Shown: one piece after another, positions 29,041 through 38,596 of the stretch | Position numbering within the stretch: position 1 is the first letter of the stretch | How the letters are laid out: each line of letters starts with the position of its first letter | DNA from: Candidatus Latescibacterota bacterium | GTDB taxonomy: Bacteria; Latescibacterota; UBA2968 | Length of the DNA: 64,000 nt | Reading direction: 5' to 3' | NCBI GenBank assembly: GCA_965207885.1 | Contig: OZ242311.1 | Coordinates: 6,080,001 to 6,144,000, forward strand | Position numbers and translations under genes: made by a program | Notes under the pieces: generated by a model | The model's input: only the letters and a program-made list of their open reading frames with translations | What the model was told of the DNA's origin: nothing | The model's database searches: none

Positions 29041-30498
29041 TTACTGGTGGACCTGCCGCAAGCGGTCGCGAATGATGCGTTTTCTGTCTGCGGGATCCTC
29101 TGTTGGGAATTGCATGCCGATGCGGGTGAACAGGGGTTTGTACCCGCGGGCGTGGTTGAGTTGCGTGTCGGTGAGAAATGTCAGGAGTCTGTTGCGGAGA
29201 CGCTGGGCTGTGTCTGCATGTGCGGGCGACTGGGCCAGGTTCTGCATTTCATGGGGGTCGTTTTGCAGGTCGAACAGGCGTTCATTTTGAGCCTGGATGG
29301 ACCATTTCCACCGGGCGTCACGGACCATGTAGCAGAACTGGTCGTTGCGGGAGATTTCAGAGAAGACAGCGTCGTGAACGCTGTCGGTTTCGCCTCTGAC
29401 AATAGGTAGGAGTGAGGCTGCCTGGCAATAGTCCGGGATTTCTGCGCTTGCCAAGTCCAGGAAAGTCGGGAACAGGTCCAGGAAGGAGACGGATGAGGCG
29501 TTGCGGTGTCCGCTGGCGACGGGCGCAGCTGGTCCGCTGATGATTAGGGGTACGCGTGCCGATCCCTCTTCGAAGCCGGTTTTGGAGACGAGGCCGTGCT
29601 CTCCCATGCGTTCTCCGTGGTCAGAGGTAAATACGATGACGGTGTTTTCCCAGTTGCCGCGTTTTTTCAGGGCGGCTATGATTTCTCCTATGCGGTCGTC
29701 GAAATGGGTGATTTTGCCCATGTAATGGGCGGTCATTTCGGCGATGGCCTGCCGACCGTATTTGCAGCGTTTTTCGTTGTAGTTTTCTGGGAGGACGATA
29801 TCAGCAGGGTCGTACATTTTGGCGTATTTTCCGGGCGCGTCCAGAGGTGTATGGGGTCCGGGGAAGCTGGCGAAGAGGAATAGGGGTTTGTCGGTGGGTG
29901 CGCGGTCGAGGTACGCCAGTGTTTGTCGGCATACGTAGCCGTCCGGCGTCATGTCTGGCGGTAGGGGCGAGGGAAGGGGGGTGTATTGTCCATCTACGTA
30001 GCGGTCGCCAATGTCGGTGATGAAGGTGTCGAGGAGTCCCTCTTTTTTTAGCAGGCGGCTGTAGCCCGTGTTCAGGAAGGGTCCCTGAAATGGTGTCGAG
30101 GTTTCTTCGGCCCAGTCCAGTCCGAGCTGGTCGTAGTAGTCGCGATAGTCTTCGTAGTCCTGGCCCCATTCCAGGCTGAAGTAGTGGTATTTTCCGATTT
30201 TTGCTGTGGTGTAGCCGGCTTCTTGCAGGCAACGGAAGAGGGTGACTTGTTCGGGTGGGAATAGTTTGCCGGTGTAGTTGCAAAAGAATCCGTGCGCGTG
30301 CGGGTAGAGGCCGCTGGCCAGCGATGCGCGCGCTGGCATGCACACGGGCGATGGCGTGTAGGCCGCGTCGAAGATACAGCCTTCGGCTGCAAGTGCGTCG
30401 AGGTGCGGGGTTTGTACTTGCGGGTGTCCTGCGCATCTTAGATATCGCGCGTTCCACTGGTCGGAACAGATGAAGATAATGTCGGGGCTGGTATTCAT
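29041..30498 (-). CDS. Cys-type sulfatase (choline-sulfatase-like), no signal peptide
   Basis: PD...I.SDQ, TPHLD.LA, CMPAR, GKYH, TSDHGE..G.HG..K, LFDL..DP.E..NL. Confidence 0.92.
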   Translation of the reverse strand: MNTSPDIIFICSDQWNARYLRCAGHPQVQTPHLDALAAEGCIFDAAYTPSPVCMPARASLASGLYPHAHGFFCNYTGKLFPPEQVTLFRCLQEAGYTTAKIGKYHYFSLEWGQDYEDYRDYYDQLGLDWAEETSTPFQGPFLNTGYSRLLKKEGLLDTFITDIGDRYVDGQYTPLPSPLPPDMTPDGYVCRQTLAYLDRAPTDKPLFLFASFPGPHTPLDAPGKYAKMYDPADIVLPENYNEKRCKYGRQAIAEMTAHYMGKITHFDDRIGEIIAALKKRGNWENTVIVFTSDHGERMGEHGLVSKTGFEEGSARVPLIISGPAAPVASGHRNASSVSFLDLFPTFLDLASAEIPDYCQAASLLPIVRGETDSVHDAVFSEISRNDQFCYMVRDARWKWSIQAQNERLFDLQNDPHEMQNLAQSPAHADTAQRLRNRLLTFLTDTQLNHARGYKPLFTRIGMQFPTEDPADRKRIIRDRLRQVHQ

Positions 30499-30553
30499 AG
30501 GAGTTCCTCATTTAGCTCTGGTTGTTGGGTTATATTCCTTTTGTCCATCTCGC

Positions 30554-32554
30554 CTACCACGAATAAACATGGTGCCCGCGTTCCGGGAACCAGATGACAT
30601 CTACCAGGCAACTGCACCCCACCGCGAACACGTATCCCACGATTAGCCCGTAGCAGCAGGGCAATACACGGCGGTAAAGCTCGATCCCGCCCAACCTCAG
30701 CACTGCCAGCTTGGCGACCCACACGAGAAATACGTTTAGCATGTAGAATTGCAAATAGTGCATCCCAAAAAGCATCAGTCCCAGCGGATGTGCCGGCCAC
30801 CACAGCACCCGGGTCTGCAGTACTCCGAATAGCACGACCAGTAGCCCTCCCGTCAACCAGATTCCCATCTTATAGGGATCGAATACCGTTCGCTCTGTTT
30901 CGGCTAACATACCTGCGGCGCGGTTATAGACGTTCCGGGCCGCCCCCTCCGTGTTCCAGTAATCCAGATTGGCGCCTCCGTCCGCGTAACAGAGCCAGAT
31001 GGTGGAAAGTGCCGAGGTCAATAGCCCTACCAGCAGGCCGATACAGATTAGCCGCACGCTTCCCTTTGTTTTGCCCCAAATTCTGGCTATCTGGGGCAGC
31101 GCTGGCGGCACGCGCCAGCCAGCCAGGCTGCGGGGGTGAACCACCTGCAGCCCAACCAGGCTCGAGTTCGACATTCCGGTTGTGCCCAAAAGCGTCATGG
31201 TGTTGTTTTTGGACAGGCCGCTCCAAAAGGGATGCACAAAGGCGTATCCGCTGACCGCCAGAAGTTTCATGGTCGCAAGCAACACCATGCAGAAGCTGAG
31301 CAGAAAGAACGCGATTACCAGGGGATCGTAGCCCACATTGTGCAGCCAGGAAGCCATGTAGATCAGGCCACCGGCCAGGGCTACTACCGCCATCCTGGGA
31401 GAAAGTACCGCTGTCTCTGGTGCCTCGCCCGGAACGGGCGCGGCGATTTGCCGAAATACGCGTTTCAGATGACCTCGCGCGGTCCAGATCGCCCAGACCA
31501 CCAGTCCCGCGATTGCGCCGTTTGCAAAGATGGGTGCCGCTCCCCAGTAATCCACCTGTTGTCCACTCAATCCCACGGCGATCCCGGTTCGGTTCATCCA
31601 GTACTGAATGGCACATCCCACGACGTACGGCGCCCAGATTCCAAAAAGGATATCCAGATTGCACAGAAACGTAAATGCGGTCAGCGTGGGCAGGATGCGG
31701 TAGGTCAGCGCGTGAATCGAGAGATAGCGGGATAGATGAATTTTTCGCCTTGCGTGATGGTCGTAAATGGAAATCCGGGGAAAACCCGGTACCCAGTATG
31801 TCGCGATGTTCCAGAGTACTGGAAAAGCCGAGGCCGCAAATCCCACCCAGAACGCCCGGGTTCGCACAAATGGCGGCCAACCCCGGCGCCGGTCAAATCC
31901 CTCGGTTAGCGACAGGGAGATATCCGCCAGCGGAAACGCCAGGCGTTCGTGCTGCACCCAGTGTTTTTGAAACAGTGCCGTCAGCCCAAGACCAATCGCG
32001 GTAATTGCCAGTGCCGTGGTGACTGACCAGAAAAGCGGCATTGACCAGGCCCCCCAGGGGACACTTCCGCCAGGTCCCAGACCCTGGTAGAATCCCTCCA
32101 GTACTCTGGGGGCGTTGATCGGGTACATCCACCAGGGCAGGTGGTCGAAAATCAGTTCCTCCCAGCGGTTCTCGGGCGACGCCAGATACCTCGGTCCGGC
32201 CATCTGTCCCACCCATTGGCTCGCCCAATTGTACCCGACGAATAGCCCGCCGATCCAGAGCACGCAAAGCATTAATCGAAGTTCCGCAGAGGTCAGCGAA
32301 AAGCGCGGCATGAACCGCTTCAACAGTGTATTGCCCAGGAGCCAGAACACAAATGGCAGCAGCGCGGTCATCGGCAGGTTGGATACGGCCATTCGCACAG
32401 ACCTGGTTCTCATTTCCAGGTACATAGACGCTATGCAGCCCAGTGCCAGGGTGGCTACCGCAATCAGCACTATTCCCCACCGCACCCGCCCGGCTTCGGC
32501 CACCGCTTTTGCCGCTTGAACTTCGTGGCTCAACGCTCCAGATGGCTGTGCCAT
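30554..32554 (-). CDS. DUF6785/DUF6784 polytopic membrane protein (putative transporter), copy 2
   Basis: Many TM segments; Y.A.PEN.W, FY.GL..G..VPW..W, W..HERL.FPL, WWP.HPLG, LR.GG..LY, GLI.G. Confidence 0.82.
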   Translation of the reverse strand: MAQPSGALSHEVQAAKAVAEAGRVRWGIVLIAVATLALGCIASMYLEMRTRSVRMAVSNLPMTALLPFVFWLLGNTLLKRFMPRFSLTSAELRLMLCVLWIGGLFVGYNWASQWVGQMAGPRYLASPENRWEELIFDHLPWWMYPINAPRVLEGFYQGLGPGGSVPWGAWSMPLFWSVTTALAITAIGLGLTALFQKHWVQHERLAFPLADISLSLTEGFDRRRGWPPFVRTRAFWVGFAASAFPVLWNIATYWVPGFPRISIYDHHARRKIHLSRYLSIHALTYRILPTLTAFTFLCNLDILFGIWAPYVVGCAIQYWMNRTGIAVGLSGQQVDYWGAAPIFANGAIAGLVVWAIWTARGHLKRVFRQIAAPVPGEAPETAVLSPRMAVVALAGGLIYMASWLHNVGYDPLVIAFFLLSFCMVLLATMKLLAVSGYAFVHPFWSGLSKNNTMTLLGTTGMSNSSLVGLQVVHPRSLAGWRVPPALPQIARIWGKTKGSVRLICIGLLVGLLTSALSTIWLCYADGGANLDYWNTEGAARNVYNRAAGMLAETERTVFDPYKMGIWLTGGLLVVLFGVLQTRVLWWPAHPLGLMLFGMHYLQFYMLNVFLVWVAKLAVLRLGGIELYRRVLPCCYGLIVGYVFAVGCSCLVDVIWFPERGHHVYSW

Positions 32555-32602
32555 GGCACAATCTCCGGTGATACTTTCCAACACGCTTGCCGTCGAATAA
32601 TG

Positions 32603-33460
32603 CTAATCCCTGGGTACTCCTGCTTCTTTGAAAGCGTTGCTCAGGGCTGTGTAGGAACGGCGCGCGGTATCCACGGTATCGAATCTCTTCTGTGACCAGA
32701 TACGGGCGCTGACCTCCAGGGTGATATAATCGTCCCAGCCAGCTTGCGCCATGGCCCGCATATAGGCGGTAGAATCGAGTTCGCCGTCACCCAGAACGCG
32801 AAAATCAAACGAACCATCCGCATGGCGTTGCGCATCGGTGATGTGGGTGTGCCCGGTGACGGGAACCAGATCCCTGACGCACGCTTCGATGGAATCCCCG
32901 GCAAGGTAAAAGTGAACAATATCAAAATGGAGGCGAAGGTAGGGGCTATTCACTTTTTGAATGACCTCCAGCGCCCGCACCGACCGGTCAACGCCCGCGC
33001 CGCAGTGAGCCTCTCCCGCAATGACAATCCCTTCTTTCTCGCCCAACTCTGCGTAATCCCGAAGTCGGACGACGATTCCATTTTTGTCCCTGTCCCAGGC
33101 TTCGGTCTTCCCGCCAATGCCAATGGAAATGACGATGGGTTCGCGGTATCCGAAGTCTCGCGCCAACTGCACGGTCTCCCGGGTTGTCTCCAGATTTCGA
33201 GCGTGGAGATCCGCATCGGGCTCCCAGGCTTTGGGCCCCACCAGCATCAATGCCGGCACGCCGAGTTGTTGTGCTTCGAGTATTTTCCGAATGTTGCTTC
33301 GTCTGGTAGAATTGTAATCGGCGGGAAGTGCATTCTCGTGCTTATCTCCAATGTAGATCTCAACACCGTCATACCCAATGGACCGAATCAGTGGAATTGC
33401 CTGCTCCAGGGGTATGTCGGGCATGGCGTAGGTGCCGTAGGCAATTTTCATGGCGTTCAT
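32603..33460 (-). CDS. Sugar phosphate isomerase/epimerase TIM barrel
   Basis: GYDGVEI, GEAH, FDIVH, HTHITD, GDG.LD, TLEVS. Confidence 0.88.
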   Translation of the reverse strand: MNAMKIAYGTYAMPDIPLEQAIPLIRSIGYDGVEIYIGDKHENALPADYNSTRRSNIRKILEAQQLGVPALMLVGPKAWEPDADLHARNLETTRETVQLARDFGYREPIVISIGIGGKTEAWDRDKNGIVVRLRDYAELGEKEGIVIAGEAHCGAGVDRSVRALEVIQKVNSPYLRLHFDIVHFYLAGDSIEACVRDLVPVTGHTHITDAQRHADGSFDFRVLGDGELDSTAYMRAMAQAGWDDYITLEVSARIWSQKRFDTVDTARRSYTALSNAFKEAGVPRD

Positions 33461-34542
33461 TCAATCAAAGGCACCTTTTCTACATTTCCGCTCGCTATGG
33501 AAGCTGCGATGGCATGGAGCAGTGCTGTGGTGCGGGCCGCATCTGCAAAATCCGATCGGATTGCAGAGGACAACGAAGGGTTGCGGATGGCGTTTAAAAA
33601 TACTTCTATTTCTTCAAAATGTGGGGGATCGGGTGGATCTTGCGGTCGTCGGTTGGGGTGGATTTCGCCGCTTCGCCCCATGGCTGGTCCCTGTGGAAAT
33701 TGTTCGGTAATGCTTTTGGGTTTTTCATCTGGTGCTCCGACCATACCTTCAATTCTGGGGGGGATGGTGGAAAGCGAGAGCCGAATATCCCTGCCGAAGA
33801 AGGTGATGTCGTCCCGCCTTTGTGCACAGGCCCAGGATAGGAGAACACAGCCGATTGCTCCGGAGGAGAATTGGAGATTGATCGACATGCTGTCTTCGAT
33901 GGTGAAGCTGTCGCTGATGGGGATTGTCAGGTTGCTGCCAAAAGCGTGTACAGCGTCAATATTACCTGCGATATAGCGGATTACATCGAGGGTGTGGATC
34001 GTGTTGTCGAATAGCGACCCACCTTTTTCTTTGAGGTAAAACCAGTCGGCTCCGAGATTGCGGGTCAATCCCGGGCTGGTTATTACCGCGGCATCTACCA
34101 GATTGATCTGTCTGCCTTCCAATAGCTCCATGCATCGATCTACAGAGGGCGCATAGCGCTGGTTAAAGCCGACGCTGTGAATTAGTCTGGTGTTCTGCAG
34201 GAGTGCGACGATTTCACGCGCTTCTCGCAGGGATTGGGCGGGCGGTTTTTCGCAGAGGAAGGGTACATTGTATTGCACGGCGGCCTGTATGACTGGCTTG
34301 CGAAGAACGGGAGGCGTGCAGATGAGTATCGCATCCAGGTCCTCGATTTCATCAAAGATTTTTTCCCAATCTGTGTATGCTTGCGCCCCGTAAGCAGCGG
34401 CTTTGGCGCGCGCCAGGTTTTCGTCCAGGTCGCATATCGCGGCGATGCGATTGCCGCCGAGAAATGCGAGGTTTTCAAGGTGTCGCGTGGCGATGTTTCC
34501 CGCGCCTATTACGGCTATGTTGATAGATCTCTCTCGATCCAT
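33457..34542 (-). CDS. Gfo/Idh/MocA NAD(P) oxidoreductase
   Basis: IGAGNIA..H, CEKP, VGFN.RY, GG...D..IH.LD. Confidence 0.9.
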   Translation of the reverse strand: MDRERSINIAVIGAGNIATRHLENLAFLGGNRIAAICDLDENLARAKAAAYGAQAYTDWEKIFDEIEDLDAILICTPPVLRKPVIQAAVQYNVPFLCEKPPAQSLREAREIVALLQNTRLIHSVGFNQRYAPSVDRCMELLEGRQINLVDAAVITSPGLTRNLGADWFYLKEKGGSLFDNTIHTLDVIRYIAGNIDAVHAFGSNLTIPISDSFTIEDSMSINLQFSSGAIGCVLLSWACAQRRDDITFFGRDIRLSLSTIPPRIEGMVGAPDEKPKSITEQFPQGPAMGRSGEIHPNRRPQDPPDPPHFEEIEVFLNAIRNPSLSSAIRSDFADAARTTALLHAIAASIASGNVEKVPLIE

Positions 34543-34554
34543 AGTTTCCTCATA

Positions 34555-35325
34555 TCAGAATTCTCGCACGCCTTCAAATTCTCGCCAGATATCTGTCAGC
34601 ACTTCGGTCCCGTTTTTCTGGATATCTACGTGGTTTAGACGGAAGATCACTGCATACCGGATATGCGGCGACAGATTGGGTCCGGCTGCGTGTACCATCT
34701 GGTGATGCACCAGCACTGCGTCTCCTGCTTTTGCGGTGATCTGCACCGGGCGATGGGGCAATTCTTCTCTCAGTCTGGGCAGGTCCTGGAATAACTGGCC
34801 GTGTCCGTTTGTGCGAAAATACGACTCCAGATAATGGTGGGATCCCGGCCATACTGTAAAATTGCCCATATACGGCTCGGGCAAGTCCGACAGCATTACC
34901 ACGCAAATAGCGGTAAAGTTTCGCCAGAATTCTCCTTCGGGCACTTTGGTTTTTTTGCCGCCCATTCCGTCGATGTGTCCCGATAGTATCACAGATGCCC
35001 GGTCTTCCATCTTGGGAAATGGCAACGCGATCTGTCCGCTTCCAATTGGTCGGAGTTTCCCTTTTCCCATCAGGGATTCGGCTATCTTGAAGATCGGCGT
35101 CTCATTTACCAGACTGGCGTAGAATGGGTCTGGATGATTCTTGTGAGAGTAATACCCATTGTACAGTGTAAGCGGATAGTCTCCTCCCGGAATCATCCCT
35201 GTGCTGCCCAATTCATGGTTAATTTTTTTTACTGCTTGTGTCACCATGTGCTCTGGAATCACGCCTTCTATCTTGAGATAGCCCTGTGCTTTGAAAAATG
35301 CTTTTTTTTTGGCGGTCATTTTCAT
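34555..35325 (-). CDS. PhyH family dioxygenase
   Basis: F...GY, HIDG, LSD...GNF.VWPGSH, AGD..L.H...VH...N...R. Confidence 0.88.
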   Translation of the reverse strand: MKMTAKKKAFFKAQGYLKIEGVIPEHMVTQAVKKINHELGSTGMIPGGDYPLTLYNGYYSHKNHPDPFYASLVNETPIFKIAESLMGKGKLRPIGSGQIALPFPKMEDRASVILSGHIDGMGGKKTKVPEGEFWRNFTAICVVMLSDLPEPYMGNFTVWPGSHHYLESYFRTNGHGQLFQDLPRLREELPHRPVQITAKAGDAVLVHHQMVHAAGPNLSPHIRYAVIFRLNHVDIQKNGTEVLTDIWREFEGVREF

Positions 35326-35340
35326 GTTTCAGCCTCCTTG

Positions 35341-37188
35341 TTATGGACATCCCGCGTGAAAATTTCCAATGGCTTCCGATGTGCGCAAGTATCGGTTGTA
35401 TATCCGCAGGGCTTGAAGTCCGGGGCCGATTCGAAGCGTTTCAGTCCCGTTGGCGTGTCTTAGATTTGGACTGAACCGCCCCCAACCAAACTGGCGATTT
35501 TCACCTCCATCGCAGAGTTTGCCATCTACCACAAATGTGATGATCCTGGGACCGCCATCTACAATTGCCGCAATGTGGTGCTGTTCGCCTGTGCGCAGAT
35601 AACCGGAATCGCAGTCCCACCGGTTTTCGGTTCGCCCGTCGTTTAATACAATCTCGACGGTACCCCGCTCTGTGGTCTGCACGCACATTCCCTGTCCGTT
35701 CTCCAGCCTGCTGTCCAGCAGTATCTGTCCAGCATGCAGTGATGGTAGTCTTAGCCACAGATCAATGGTAAATCCCTGTCGAAGATCTCGCGTTGCATAA
35801 GGACTGGCGCTGTCTCGCTCGTTGAATGCTGGCAAATCCGGCATTTTTGCCTCGCTCGAATCTGGCAGGGACAGGTCCAGTAAGAGACCTTCGGTGGCTA
35901 TTTCCCTATTTTCAGCCTGTTCCCACAAGCTCTCCAGCAGGGAGGTGTCCAGCTCGTGTACGCGAGCTATGTCCTTCTGGGTTTCCGTAAGATAATACTT
36001 CCCGCCGTCTTCCACCAGGTCTGGATAGCTCATGCGGATGTACGGGTCGTCGTCGTAGAGCGCGATTTCTGGTTGTGACCACTGGATTATACGGCCTTCT
36101 GGCGCGTCTGCTTCGACTCCGCTGCACAACCACACCGGGTTGCGGTCCTGATAAGATATTGAGCGCCGGTCCGGGTGCTCTCCGATAAACCGCCCTCCGT
36201 GGTTGTGAAACCAGTAGAGAAATTTTCCATTTTCGCATTGCCACGCGAAATTAGCCGCTCTCGGATGTTTCATGCGTCGTCCGTCCGCAAAGCACTGATA
36301 TACCGGCTCTGTCCATGTATGTCCGTTGTCCCGGCTGTACGCGCATACCGGGTACCCATCAATTGAACGGTACACGCTGTAAAACGACCCATCGCTCAAG
36401 CGGCTGTAGCTGTGTTCTTCGGAGACTGGACCTCCCCCCGGTGGCGTCCGCAGCCCTGCATCGCCATCTGGAAGTGTTTCCCAGGCTATTTTCTGCGGGT
36501 CCTGTTCTGTCAGGATATTTTCGCTTTTTAGGAGTACGCCTTCCGAACGGGTGAAAAATCCCATCCCGAATCCTCCCACTTTGTGCAGCGATACGTACGC
36601 GGCCCGATCATCGGCAATCGCTTTGCCCACGTTCCAGAAATACCGCAGTTTGCCCCCGTCCGCATTCTCCCGGTCAATCGCCATTTCTCGCACCGCAATC
36701 GGGTAACGTTGCGCCGACCAGGTCCGCCCGTGATCGTCGCTGTATTTGAACACAAAATGTCCCAGCGAATCTACCCGGGTACAATATCCGTCTCTATAAG
36801 GTGGGTTGTCTCCTTTCACTTTTCGGACATTGTCCGTGTTGTGATTGTAAAATACGTAAATCCGTCCGTATGGGACCTTCAGCACTACTGCATACGATGC
36901 CTCAGGTCCGTGTGCAGGCTCCACATCGACCAGATCCGTCCAGGTCTGTCCGCTATCGGTACTGCGCGTTGTCACTACGTGCTGCCCGTGCGCGCCTTCT
37001 CGACCCGTTCCCGTTGTCATAACACATAGCCAGGCCCCGTCATCCGTTTTTACCACATAGGGCTGATCGCAATATCCTTTGCTGGGAATTTCCCAGCCGT
37101 TTGCAATGTGACGCCAATCCGGAATCTCGGAGATGGTTTCTGCGGTCAGGCTCTGGTCTGCAAGTGCTGCGTTCTGATTTTTAGGCAT
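35341..37188 (-). CDS. Asp-box (sialidase-like) beta-propeller with C-terminal LamG/concanavalin-like domain
   Basis: STDSGQTW, SDDHGRTW, SRDNGHTW, MSYPD; C-terminal FTI.LW..HHIA.IVDG...VDG..IYNR.L. Confidence 0.78.
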   Translation of the reverse strand: MPKNQNAALADQSLTAETISEIPDWRHIANGWEIPSKGYCDQPYVVKTDDGAWLCVMTTGTGREGAHGQHVVTTRSTDSGQTWTDLVDVEPAHGPEASYAVVLKVPYGRIYVFYNHNTDNVRKVKGDNPPYRDGYCTRVDSLGHFVFKYSDDHGRTWSAQRYPIAVREMAIDRENADGGKLRYFWNVGKAIADDRAAYVSLHKVGGFGMGFFTRSEGVLLKSENILTEQDPQKIAWETLPDGDAGLRTPPGGGPVSEEHSYSRLSDGSFYSVYRSIDGYPVCAYSRDNGHTWTEPVYQCFADGRRMKHPRAANFAWQCENGKFLYWFHNHGGRFIGEHPDRRSISYQDRNPVWLCSGVEADAPEGRIIQWSQPEIALYDDDPYIRMSYPDLVEDGGKYYLTETQKDIARVHELDTSLLESLWEQAENREIATEGLLLDLSLPDSSEAKMPDLPAFNERDSASPYATRDLRQGFTIDLWLRLPSLHAGQILLDSRLENGQGMCVQTTERGTVEIVLNDGRTENRWDCDSGYLRTGEQHHIAAIVDGGPRIITFVVDGKLCDGGENRQFGWGRFSPNLRHANGTETLRIGPGLQALRIYNRYLRTSEAIGNFHAGCP

Positions 37189-37193
37189 ATTTT

Positions 37194-38558
37194 TTACTGA
37201 CTCTCTTTCCAGTTCGGGTTGTACAGTTCTCCTGGCATTGTCGAGTGTATCAACTCATACACGCCGTAGCGCCGCCGGTCTTGAAATACGAAGAGATACC
37301 GCTTTGACCGATCGTAAGTCCATTTTTCTATTGCGCCTGCAAAATTCTCTGACGACTGTTCGAAGTCCCGATCGTCGGGCGGGCCGTATTTGATGTACAC
37401 GCGGCCCTTGTCCGTATCTGAACCTCGTTTATGGGCCTCTGACCCAAAGTGTTCATCTGCAAACTGAATCCGGGTCATGTGTTCTCGCAATCGTTCGTTC
37501 AACGGCGTGCCGGGCGTTGGATCCATCTTTTTCCAGAATGCTTTTAAGAAGTCCATGCGTTGCGCTTCAGTGGTCAGCCCTGCATAGCTGTTGAGATCTT
37601 TGCTCGGTGCTATATACCGGATGTCCTTAAAATACCGGAGCTGATCCTGTGCCTCTTCGCTCAACTCATCGGAAAACAGGAAGATCGCCCTGCGCTGTCG
37701 CACATGCTCCCGAGTGCCCCGGTCAAATGCTTCCACTTGAAAAAAATAGACGCCCGCATTTAGTCCGTCTGTCTCGATTGTCTCTGTCTTGACAAAACTC
37801 TCTCCCGATACCCGGATCCGGCGAGAAGGAAATTTTTTTATCTGCATTCCGGAAGAGTCGGTAAAGCTGTATCCCAGAATCAGCGGCTCTGCAGGTTGGT
37901 CTTTTTGGCGTTTCAAATTGTAAATTTCAAAATAAACGCGCACAGGTTCGCCCACCCGGTACCGATGGCTGACATTGGGTACTATATTCCACCCGTTTTT
38001 TACAAATTTTCCAGCTTCCCCTTGTGGCGTGATTTTTGTGGCAAATAACAAATCGCTGATCGACAGGTCTTTTCGATCAAAATTTCGCACTTGAAGCCAC
38101 TCCTCAAAAGTCCCCGTCTTTCCGCTGTAAGTATCCTCGGCCAATAGCTCAAGCCGGTAGGTTTTTGGGGGCAGGTCCAGTCCCACTATCTCCCGAACCA
38201 CGGCACCTTCTTGTCGGGGTGCGTTCATATCTGGAACTGAGATATTCTGCGTCCAGGTTTTGACCTTTGCCTTTTGTCCAGTTGAATCCGATAGGGTTAC
38301 TGCATACTGCAACTGAGCTACAAATGCGTCTTCCTGGGGTACAAATTGGAGCGACTGGGCATCTACTACCGTGCAGATATCTACTCGTGTGAATCCTTTT
38401 GGGCCTCGAAATCCCGTTGTTTCTACAACGATTTGCAACGCTTCAGGGGTCTTTAACGATGGGTCTTGAATATCCTGTGCCCTAACGGACGAGATACCCG
38501 ACAGATGGATGAGTACGGCCGGAACGATTGTAAACCAGACCACATAATAGAGTTTCAT
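37194..38558 (-). CDS. Exported protein: beta-sandwich domains + C-terminal GWxTD-like domain
   Basis: Signal peptide (..VRA-Q), LSISDL...IVPN...YFEIYNL, FW...DPTP.TP.NE...EH..R...A...F, GSDTDKGRVYIKYGPPD, E.W.Y. Confidence 0.85.
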   Translation of the reverse strand: MKLYYVVWFTIVPAVLIHLSGISSVRAQDIQDPSLKTPEALQIVVETTGFRGPKGFTRVDICTVVDAQSLQFVPQEDAFVAQLQYAVTLSDSTGQKAKVKTWTQNISVPDMNAPRQEGAVVREIVGLDLPPKTYRLELLAEDTYSGKTGTFEEWLQVRNFDRKDLSISDLLFATKITPQGEAGKFVKNGWNIVPNVSHRYRVGEPVRVYFEIYNLKRQKDQPAEPLILGYSFTDSSGMQIKKFPSRRIRVSGESFVKTETIETDGLNAGVYFFQVEAFDRGTREHVRQRRAIFLFSDELSEEAQDQLRYFKDIRYIAPSKDLNSYAGLTTEAQRMDFLKAFWKKMDPTPGTPLNERLREHMTRIQFADEHFGSEAHKRGSDTDKGRVYIKYGPPDDRDFEQSSENFAGAIEKWTYDRSKRYLFVFQDRRRYGVYELIHSTMPGELYNPNWKESQ

Positions 38559-38596
38559 GGTTTACCTCCAGCGCTGGATGCAGATACGGGTCGAAA

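Noticed and set aside
32744-33976. 410-aa plus-strand ORF
   Set aside because: Lies opposite two well-supported genes (TIM isomerase, Gfo oxidoreductase); no recognisable domain.
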